Source of the DNA: Victivallaceae bacterium
GTDB lineage: Bacteria; Verrucomicrobiota; Lentisphaeria; Victivallales; Victivallaceae
Assembly: GCA_045605305.1 (NCBI GenBank)
Contig: JAZUPS010000014.1
Location: 1 to 52,208 of the forward strand
DNA length: 52,208 bases
Direction of reading: 5' to 3'
Each line of letters starts with the position of its first letter. Position 1 is the stretch's first letter. Positions 43,187-51,037 of this stretch are shown piece after piece. The notes beneath the pieces were generated by a model. It saw only the letters and a program-made list of their open reading frames with translations. It searched no databases and had not been told where the DNA came from. Made by a program: the position numbers and the translations under genes.

Positions 43187-46078
43187 TTACACCGTTGCCG
43201 CAAGGGAGGTATCCCACTCTGAACCGACCGAGCCGTAGTAGTGCCACTCAAGGGAGTTTGCGCCGTTGACGCACAATACTCCGAGGTCGCCGGAAGCGGT
43301 ACGCACCCGCAGATCATCCACGCCGTCACCATTGAAGTCGGCGATCTGTTCCACGCTGTTTCCAGCTTTGAGCGTTCCCAAACTCATCCACGATTTGGCG
43401 TTGCCCTCTTCCACGATCCATGCGCCGTAAAAGTCACCTTTTTTCAGCAGGACGTCATCCACGCCGTCGCCGTTGAAGTCCCCGGCTCCGGCAATTTCCG
43501 AACCATTGAGCTTATCCAGGTTGCTCCAGCGCACGGTACCGTCGGCATTGGTCAGGAAACATCCGGCAAAACCGGCATCGTGAGCGAGCGCCAGATCATC
43601 TCTGCCGTCGCCGTCGAAGTCGCCGATGGCACCGATCGTCCACTCTTCGCCCACGCCTTTGAGGTACTGCCACTTTTTCCCGGCGGAAAGGAAACCGATG
43701 TCTCCGGTGCCGGAACGCAGAAGAAGGTCGGAAATTCTGTCGCCGTCAAAGTCGCCCAGACCGAGAACGTCCATATTGGCATTTACCGCGGCAACATCTT
43801 TCCAACCGGTGACTTTGCCCCCCGAACCGACGACCCATGCGCCGATTTTGTTGGCTTTTTCATCGTAAAGATAGATGTCATTGAAACTGTCGTTAGCGGT
43901 GTTGCCCATGGCAAAAATCTTCCATGCGCCGCTGAGGTTGCTCAGGTCGCCCCAGGAGGCTTTCTGATCTTCACCGATCTTCCACGCTCCGGCAAAACCC
44001 TGTTTGGTGTGCGCCATCAGCAGATCGGCGAAGTGGTCACCATTGATGTCGGAGCTGTATCCGGCGGCGTTTCTTCCGGCAATGGTCAATTTCAGTGAAT
44101 TTCCCTCCAGTTTCAGCGTATAACTCCGGTTGCCCCGGGTGACGGTCTGATCCAGTTTCAGCGTACCGAAAGATTGGTCACCCGCGTAAATGGTGAAGTT
44201 TTCATTCCAGGAGCTTGCATTGCCGATCAGGGTATAAGTGCCGTTCCCGGCGTATTTTGAAACGGAAACCGCATAGTCGGCAGCGGCATCATAACGATCC
44301 AGCATGTAATCTGCCGCCTGATCGCCATTAACCCGGAACAACACATCCCCGTCAAGCGAACCATCATGTATTGAAAGTTTTCCGGCGACAGTGATCACGC
44401 CTGAACCTTTGCTCTTCTGCCAGAAATCACATACCGTGCCGGTATTCAGCACAAGATCTTTTACAATGCCTCCATAAACCTCCATTTTGGTATTGCCGCT
44501 CAAAATGGTGCCGGATGCCAGAGAACTGTTGTACAGCTTGACATAACCGCCGTTTACGGTCGTATTAAAGGCGGATGTTCCCTGCTGAACCAACTGACTG
44601 CCATTGGTGATCACCGTATCTTTGACATATCCGGAAACAATCTTCTGCACACCGCCGACCATTACGGTATTGGAAGCAAAGCCATTCCAGACAGTCTGAT
44701 TGGCATAGTGAAGATCGTTGTTTACCGCCTCACCGCCGTTGACAGATTGAGCTCCGGCATAGAGGGTATTGGATAAAACAACTCCGCCGGAAACTGATTG
44801 ATTGGCACTGACCAGAGTATTGGAGACCGCAGAACCGGCAAAAATCGTTTGCGCTCCGGAGCTGAGAAGAGAATTCTGAACCTTGCCGTTGTAAATGATT
44901 TGAGTAACCCCATTCAGGGTATTGGAAATCGCCGAACCGCCCTGAATGACCTGTTTACCCCCGGAAAGAGTGTTGGATAAAGCCACCCCTCCGGCGATCC
45001 ATTGATCTGCACCGCTCAAGGTATTGGAAACCGCTGAACCACCCTGAACAGTTTGCGAACCGCCTTGAAAAGAGTTGTACAAAGCAATTCCATCAACAAC
45101 GTACTGTTTGGCATTGGAAAAGGTGTTGGAAACTGCGTAACCGGTCGATTCCGCCACACCTTTTTTATCACTATCGAAAGCACTGGAAACAACTCTCTGC
45201 ACGCCGTTGGAATAAACATAATTTTTTTCAGCATAACCGGCAACGATTTGAGTTCCGGCAGAGATATAACTGCTCAGAGCCGAACCGAGATCCCACACCT
45301 CCTGAACTCCATAAATGGCGGTGGTACGCTCTGCATAACCGCTTTCCACAGCCTGCATACCGCCGGAACTGATGACAGTATCGTAGGCGCAACCTTTGCC
45401 GTAACCGTTCCCGGCACCATACATGCCCTGCAGACCGCCGGAGTAAATCGTCGTACCGGAAGCGACACCGCCATTGCCGACAGTCTGCCATGCTTTATCA
45501 TAAATTTCCGAGCGATAAGTTACTCCGCCGTGCCGCACATAATGGTCGCCGTAGGCATATACCACAGTGTCGTAAGCGACACCCTCGACCAGATGATAAG
45601 CCGCGCTCCATGGGGCAATACCGGAATGCATGATCACTCCGGAAGCTACCGCACCTTTTTGAACATGCTGCTGACCGTAAGAATAAATTTCCGTATCGTA
45701 AGCAAACGCACCGGAACAGACCGCCTGATTGCCGCCGGATGAGACGATCGTATCGTAAGCCTTTGCCCCGGCAGAAAGCATCTGATGACCTGCCTTTTTG
45801 CTCACTGCATGACCATCGGAGACCTCACCGATCAACACAGAGCTGGAAACAGTGGCACTCACCACCTTCAAAATACCGCCGCTGATAACATTCACCCGGG
45901 TGATTTGAGTTCCTTTTCTGGCTTCAGCATAGCCGCCGTCGATGTCGGCATCAAAAACGAATGAACTTGAAAAAGTTACTATGCCGCTTTGCAAAACAGT
46001 TATTCCGGAAATTCTGTCGTTCACACCGAAACCTCTCAAACCGCCGGAAGACACCTTGATATTTTTGTATTCTGCCAT
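43187..46078 (-). CDS. giant surface/adhesin-like protein: AIDA/PATR-like beta-helical repeats plus C-terminal FG-GAP/VCBS beta-propeller repeats
   Basis: About 30 degenerate ~19-aa repeats (SGGxQxVxxGxAxxTxI). Then an Ig-like spacer. Then GDFDGDRISDLLL, GDFDGDGRDDLAL, GDFNGDGVDDVLL and ADFNGDGVDDLRV. Start set at the ATG at 46078 (GAAGGA RBS). No signal peptide after that start. Confidence 0.8.
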   Translation of the reverse strand: MAEYKNIKVSSGGLRGFGVNDRISGITVLQSGIVTFSSSFVFDADIDGGYAEARKGTQITRVNVISGGILKVVSATVSSSVLIGEVSDGHAVSKKAGHQMLSAGAKAYDTIVSSGGNQAVCSGAFAYDTEIYSYGQQHVQKGAVASGVIMHSGIAPWSAAYHLVEGVAYDTVVYAYGDHYVRHGGVTYRSEIYDKAWQTVGNGGVASGTTIYSGGLQGMYGAGNGYGKGCAYDTVISSGGMQAVESGYAERTTAIYGVQEVWDLGSALSSYISAGTQIVAGYAEKNYVYSNGVQRVVSSAFDSDKKGVAESTGYAVSNTFSNAKQYVVDGIALYNSFQGGSQTVQGGSAVSNTLSGADQWIAGGVALSNTLSGGKQVIQGGSAISNTLNGVTQIIYNGKVQNSLLSSGAQTIFAGSAVSNTLVSANQSVSGGVVLSNTLYAGAQSVNGGEAVNNDLHYANQTVWNGFASNTVMVGGVQKIVSGYVKDTVITNGSQLVQQGTSAFNTTVNGGYVKLYNSSLASGTILSGNTKMEVYGGIVKDLVLNTGTVCDFWQKSKGSGVITVAGKLSIHDGSLDGDVLFRVNGDQAADYMLDRYDAAADYAVSVSKYAGNGTYTLIGNASSWNENFTIYAGDQSFGTLKLDQTVTRGNRSYTLKLEGNSLKLTIAGRNAAGYSSDINGDHFADLLMAHTKQGFAGAWKIGEDQKASWGDLSNLSGAWKIFAMGNTANDSFNDIYLYDEKANKIGAWVVGSGGKVTGWKDVAAVNANMDVLGLGDFDGDRISDLLLRSGTGDIGFLSAGKKWQYLKGVGEEWTIGAIGDFDGDGRDDLALAHDAGFAGCFLTNADGTVRWSNLDKLNGSEIAGAGDFNGDGVDDVLLKKGDFYGAWIVEEGNAKSWMSLGTLKAGNSVEQIADFNGDGVDDLRVRTASGDLGVLCVNGANSLEWHYYGSVGSEWDTSLAATV

Positions 46079-46318
46079 AAATGTTCCTTCTGCAAATCTA
46101 CTGGATAAAAAAACAACAATCAAAACAAAAAAGGGGGGACTCTTACTGCCCCTTTTGCCCACACGCAATACTTTTATTTATAATAGCACTTTTTTTGATA
46201 TTTTCAAGGGACAAAAGAAAAAGTCCGGCAAAAAGAGATAAAAATCCGTATAAATTCCAGGAATCGCAAGAGGGATTTCAAATTGGGATTGCCGTGCAAA
46301 TTCATGATATTTTCACTT

Positions 46319-46398
46319 CTGCGGCAGCAAAGATGATTGAAAAATCATGAATCCGTGCTACTTTAATAGACGGTTTTGTGTGTGGCAGACTGCCGCAG
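46319..46398 (+). promoter_or_regulatory. candidate structured 5'-leader RNA (three-way junction) upstream of the LtaS-like gene
   Basis: 9-bp closing stem CTGCGGCAG (46319-46327) / CTGCCGCAG (46390-46398). Inner hairpin ATGATT-GAAA-AATCAT (46333-46348, GNRA loop on the plus strand only). Inner hairpin CCGT(G)CTA-N6-TAGACGG (46353-46373). Confidence 0.3.
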
Positions 46399-46469
46399 CC
46401 GGTTTTACCCCGGTTTACTCCGGCAGAACATCATTTTCAAGAACGCAACAGAAATTTCCGGATACATGA

Positions 46470-48719
46470 ATGGATGACAGTGCAAAAATGAAAAATATAT
46501 CTGATTCAACCAAGAAAAAAATCTCCCTGACCCTCGCTTTGCTGATCGTAAACTGCATATTGGCTTTTATCACTTTCAAGGTGATAAATTACGAAATTGA
46601 AGTGCGCTTCTTTGCTGAAATGTCCAAAGGCGGAAGCATTGCCGCATTTTATCAGGAATTTTATCTCGGCACCCGCTGGCAGGCAGATAAATTTGTCAAC
46701 TCCGCCCATCTGCATCCCAATAAACCGCAGGAAGTTGTCTTCAAGTTACCAGTGCATAAAATGCGCCATTTGCGTCTGGATATAAATCATGACGGCCCGG
46801 GAGATGTGATTTTTCACGGGATCGAAATCAACGGTAATGAATTTATCGGTCCGGCAGATTTGATGGTCGTTCAAACCAATGATCTGATCATAAATTCCAC
46901 CAATATCGGACGTCTGGCAGTAATTGCCGGAACTTATGACCCCTATCTTGTCCTGAAGCTGAATAATATCGTCACCGGCAAAGGAGCTGTCCACAGCGAC
47001 ATTATCCTCTGGATATTCATCCTTTTGGGCATCTTGTGCTTTTTCCCTTTTTTCCCGGCTATCGGCAATTATTTGCGTTCTCCGGCAAAACGCATATATG
47101 ATTTTTTTAACCGTCATGCAAAAGCGGCACTGATCACCACCGGAGTATTGAAACTGGCAACAGCGATATTGGTTTGCGCCTCAGATATGAAACTTTTCCC
47201 GCTGCTGCTGGCAGAGATGATTTTTCTGGTGGTCATGTTGCGCCTTTTCAAGTGGAAAATAAAAATTCTGCTCTTTATCCTGCTGATAATCTGTGCATTG
47301 CAGATAGTGAACCTCTTTGCCACCGGCAAATTTATCGAAACTGAAACTCTGCTGAATCTGCGGGAATCCAGATTGCTTTCATGGGAATTCAAATTAAAAT
47401 TGCATCTGCTTCTGGCATGGATACTGCTGTTATTCATCCCGGATATGGTGATAAAACCATTTTCCCGGGCGAAAAATGCGGTAAAATATGTTGTGCTTCT
47501 CTTGTTTATCATCGCTGAGATCCTCCTGGGACTCCCGGTTTTCAATATGGGAGAATCTCTGAGCAAAATCATGATGCTCATTCAGGCGCCTCCGGCGGAT
47601 TTGACCAAAGGCGAACTCTATTTCAAAGAAAATATCCGAAACTCCGGCATCAGTGACAACTTGAAAAGTTCGGGGAAAAATATCATCCTGCTCTTTGCCG
47701 AAGGAATGAGTTTTGAATGTATTTCCCCGGAATTGACCCCGAACATTGCCGATTTGCAGAAAACATCGATATCCTTTGTCAATTATTTCAATCATACCGC
47801 TGCCACTTTCCGCGGCATAAGAGGTCAGCTGATCAGCGGTTATCCCATGATGGGAGGAGTTCAGGCGATCAATCTGCCGCAGTACAGCGACTTGAATGCG
47901 GCACAAATATCGCGCAAATTGAAAGAAAATCCCCCCGACTTCCCCACCTTGCCGACGATTTTGAATAAACACAATTACCGGACTGTCTTTATCTCTCCCC
48001 ACGAACTGAATGTAAAAATCGGGATAATGGCACAAGCTGCCGGATTTCAAAAAATCCTGCACTCCACAGACCATCTTCCCGGCGAAATAATGCTGACCGA
48101 CAGACAAATATACGATTTCCTCTGGAATGAACTGGAAAAACAAGGTAAATCAAATCAGCCTTTCATGCTGTCTGCTTACATTCTGGGAACTCATCACGGC
48201 TTCAACAGTCCGGATATCTGTTTCAAAGACGGCTCTGAAGCTCTGCTCAATAAATTCCACAATCAGGATCACTGGTTCGGTGAATTTTTCAAAAAGTTCA
48301 AGAACTCCAAATATTATGAAAATACGATCCTCATACTGACCAGCGATCATGCGATCTATCCGATCCCGGAAGCTCGCAAAATCTTCAATATCAACACCCC
48401 CTACTTCATCGGCAAAATCCCTCTTTTCATCCATCATAAAACCTTCCCCGCACAGGTGATCGATGCCAAACTGCGCAACAGTCTGGCTCTGGCACCGACA
48501 GTTCTGGATCTGCTCAACATTCACGATGAAAAAAACTATTTTCTCGGCAACTCCCTCTTTTTCCCCACCCCCGGTGAATTTGAAAGAGTTGCCGCTCAAG
48601 GCAAAGATATACACTTCACCCAGGAAAACGGCTTGGCGGAAAAGCTGGAAAAAATATCTCCTGAAATGCGGCAGAAATGGATGAAAAAAATCTCTGAATA
48701 TTACCGTTTCATCCAATAG
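46470..48719 (+). CDS. LTA synthase/sulfatase (alkaline-phosphatase superfamily) membrane protein
   Basis: C-terminal sulfatase-like domain (NIILLFAEGMSFECI, HTAATFRGIRGQL, ILTSDHA). Multi-TM region. An unusual ~130-aa soluble insert follows TM1. Confidence 0.75.
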   Translation: MDDSAKMKNISDSTKKKISLTLALLIVNCILAFITFKVINYEIEVRFFAEMSKGGSIAAFYQEFYLGTRWQADKFVNSAHLHPNKPQEVVFKLPVHKMRHLRLDINHDGPGDVIFHGIEINGNEFIGPADLMVVQTNDLIINSTNIGRLAVIAGTYDPYLVLKLNNIVTGKGAVHSDIILWIFILLGILCFFPFFPAIGNYLRSPAKRIYDFFNRHAKAALITTGVLKLATAILVCASDMKLFPLLLAEMIFLVVMLRLFKWKIKILLFILLIICALQIVNLFATGKFIETETLLNLRESRLLSWEFKLKLHLLLAWILLLFIPDMVIKPFSRAKNAVKYVVLLLFIIAEILLGLPVFNMGESLSKIMMLIQAPPADLTKGELYFKENIRNSGISDNLKSSGKNIILLFAEGMSFECISPELTPNIADLQKTSISFVNYFNHTAATFRGIRGQLISGYPMMGGVQAINLPQYSDLNAAQISRKLKENPPDFPTLPTILNKHNYRTVFISPHELNVKIGIMAQAAGFQKILHSTDHLPGEIMLTDRQIYDFLWNELEKQGKSNQPFMLSAYILGTHHGFNSPDICFKDGSEALLNKFHNQDHWFGEFFKKFKNSKYYENTILILTSDHAIYPIPEARKIFNINTPYFIGKIPLFIHHKTFPAQVIDAKLRNSLALAPTVLDLLNIHDEKNYFLGNSLFFPTPGEFERVAAQGKDIHFTQENGLAEKLEKISPEMRQKWMKKISEYYRFIQ

Positions 48720-48820
48720 CAAAAGAGGAATATCATTGTTTTTCGTATCCGAACTATTGCATTTATTATTCGGATGCTGTATATTATAGTTGGATGATGG
48801 TATATTTCAGGCACTGAATG

Positions 48821-48870
48821 AGAATTTTGATTTTCAAGGGTGGGAAAATCAGAATTTTGCAATACAAGGG
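48821..48870 (+). promoter_or_regulatory. 20-nt imperfect direct repeat pair immediately upstream of wzm
   Basis: AGAATTTTGATTTTCAAGGG (48821-48840) and AGAATTTTGCAATACAAGGG (48851-48870), 30-bp register, 16/20 identical. The second copy ends 8 nt before the ATG at 48878. Confidence 0.4.
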
Positions 48871-48877
48871 TTTTTTT

Positions 48878-49678
48878 ATGAACGTCAATGATTGGTTTCT
48901 GCTGAGACAGATGATCATGCGGAATATTCAGTTGCGGTTCAAAGGAAGTTTTTTAGGATGGATTTGGAGCTTCCTCATTCCGTTGCTGATGCTGGTGGTC
49001 TACACTATCGTATTCGGTAATTTTTTCAAGTCACGCTGGGGTGTTGACGTCGGTGAAAACAAAATGCTTTTCGCAGTAGCGCTCTTTTCCGGCATGACAT
49101 TTTACAATATTTTCAGCGAAAGCGTTTCTGTATCAAGTTGTTGCATAGTAAGCAATGTCAATTATGTCAAAAAAGTCCGCTTTCCGCTGCTTTTTCTGCC
49201 TTTTTCCCAGGTTTTAAGTACCGCTTTGCTCTCCATCCCCAGTATTATTCTGCTTTTCGGCTGTGTGATCTGGCAGTTCCATCACGCAAGCATCAGCTGG
49301 CTGCTGCTGCCGGTCTCACTGCTGCCGTTGATCATGTTCTCCGCCGGAGTCTCATTTTTTGTCGCCTCCCTCGGAGTATATTTCCGCGATCTGCAGTATT
49401 TGATCACCATTATCCTGCAAATGCTCTTCTTCCTCTCTCCCGTCTTTTACCGTCTGGGAAGTCTGCCGGAAAATTTCCGCGAAATGCTGCAGTACAACCC
49501 TATGGTATGGTTCATCGAACTTAACCGCGGCGTCCTTTTCAACGGCTGCAAAGGAATGGAATACACTCTGCCGGATGCCTCTTCGTGGCTGGTTTCATAC
49601 GGCTTGGGCATTGCGGCTTTAATCCTCGGACTCATCTGGTTCAACAAAACTAAACGGGGGTTCAGCGATGTCCTCTGA
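48878..49678 (+). CDS. wzm: ABC-2 type polysaccharide export permease
   Basis: MNVNDWFLLRQMIMRNIQLRFKGSFLGWIWSFLIPLL is the typical Wzm/TagG N-terminus. About 6 TM segments. Overlaps the ATPase gene by 11 nt. Confidence 0.85.
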   Translation: MNVNDWFLLRQMIMRNIQLRFKGSFLGWIWSFLIPLLMLVVYTIVFGNFFKSRWGVDVGENKMLFAVALFSGMTFYNIFSESVSVSSCCIVSNVNYVKKVRFPLLFLPFSQVLSTALLSIPSIILLFGCVIWQFHHASISWLLLPVSLLPLIMFSAGVSFFVASLGVYFRDLQYLITIILQMLFFLSPVFYRLGSLPENFREMLQYNPMVWFIELNRGVLFNGCKGMEYTLPDASSWLVSYGLGIAALILGLIWFNKTKRGFSDVL

Positions 49679-51026
49679 AATCATTGTCAATGTCGAGCAT
49701 CTCTCCAAAAGATATGAGATCTACCGCTACCCCCATTACCGTCTTTTTCAGACCCTCTGCATGGGGCATATTCAATTTTTCAAGGAGTTCTACGCCCTCC
49801 ACGATGTCTCATTCACGGTGAAAAAAGGTGAATGTATCGGTATCATCGGTCGCAACGGTGCCGGGAAAAGCACCCTCCTGCAGGTCTTGGCGGAAACCCT
49901 TTATCCCACTTGCGGAAAGGTTGAGATCAAAGGAAAGATCGCCGCTCTCCTTGAACTCGGCAGCGGATTCAATCCGGAATTTACCGGCGAGGAAAATATC
50001 TACATGTACGGCGCCATTCTGGGGCTGAATAACCAGCAGATCAAGGAGCGTTATCAGCAGATTACCGACTTTGCCGACATCGGGGATGCCATCACTCAGC
50101 CGGTCAAAACCTACTCTTCCGGTATGGCGATGCGTCTGGCTTTTGCCGTGGCGGCGCATATCGATGCTGACATCCTCATCGTAGATGAAGCTCTGGCTGT
50201 GGGCGACGTGGCATTCGTGCAGAAGTGTTATGCCTTTTTGCGGAACTTTATCAAAGAACATACCGTCATTCTGGTCACTCACGATATTGCTTCGGTACGC
50301 GACCTCTGCGGCAGAGCGATCTGGCTGAAAGACGGCAGGATCGAAGCTGACGGAGACCCCAAAGAGATCACCGACAACTATCTGGCTTACTGTTACGAAA
50401 GCTCCTCTGATGCCTACACTCAAAGTCAGAGTGAAGTTCCGGCGGCTGATGAAACAGCGGGAAAAGCGGAGAAAACCGAAAGCCGTTCCGAGGATATCCG
50501 GGCTGAAATATGGGAAGCAAATCCCGTGGCAGTTCCGGCGTACAAATTCTTCGATTTTGATGAAAATGCCCCCTCTTTCGGCAAAGGCGGTGCCAGAATG
50601 AAACAGATCTCTTTCCGGGATGAGGAAGGCAACATCCTCCGTGCCGCTTCGGGGGGAGAAAAGGTACAGTTGACCTTTGAAATCGATATTCTCGAAGATA
50701 TGGTCTCTCCCATCGTCGGGTTTGCCATCCGCAACGCCCGCGGCGAGAACCTCTTCGGTGACAATACCTTTGAATTGTATCAGCACAATCCTGTGCCGAT
50801 GAAAGCCGGAGAAGTGCTGAATGCGATTTTTGAGTTTGAAATGCCCCGGCTGCCTTCCGGGGAATATTCACTCCATGCCGCCATCGCCGACGGGACACAG
50901 GATGAACATGTTCAGCATCAATGGTTCCACAACTGTTTGACCATCACCAGTTTGTATCATGGCAAAACCGGTGTGCTTGTGGGCATACCGATGAAAAGGA
51001 TCGCTCTTGCCAAAGCGGAAAATTGA
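49668..51026 (+). CDS. wzt: polysaccharide ABC exporter ATP-binding protein with C-terminal Wzt_C-like carbohydrate-binding domain
   Basis: Walker A GIIGRNGAGKST, signature YSSGMAMRLAFA, Walker B LIVDEAL. The C-terminal ~170-aa beta-sandwich-like extension (GGEKVQLTFEIDILED...GEYSLHAAIADG) resembles Wzt_C. Confidence 0.88.
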   Translation: MSSEIIVNVEHLSKRYEIYRYPHYRLFQTLCMGHIQFFKEFYALHDVSFTVKKGECIGIIGRNGAGKSTLLQVLAETLYPTCGKVEIKGKIAALLELGSGFNPEFTGEENIYMYGAILGLNNQQIKERYQQITDFADIGDAITQPVKTYSSGMAMRLAFAVAAHIDADILIVDEALAVGDVAFVQKCYAFLRNFIKEHTVILVTHDIASVRDLCGRAIWLKDGRIEADGDPKEITDNYLAYCYESSSDAYTQSQSEVPAADETAGKAEKTESRSEDIRAEIWEANPVAVPAYKFFDFDENAPSFGKGGARMKQISFRDEEGNILRAASGGEKVQLTFEIDILEDMVSPIVGFAIRNARGENLFGDNTFELYQHNPVPMKAGEVLNAIFEFEMPRLPSGEYSLHAAIADGTQDEHVQHQWFHNCLTITSLYHGKTGVLVGIPMKRIALAKAEN

Positions 51027-51037
51027 AAGTTGCAGAT

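Noticed and set aside
46081-46350. 89-aa plus-strand ORF in the adhesin/LtaS intergenic region
   Set aside because: It overlaps the adhesin 5' end in antisense. It is Lys/Phe-rich AT-driven sequence with no RBS, and the region is better explained as a divergent promoter/leader.
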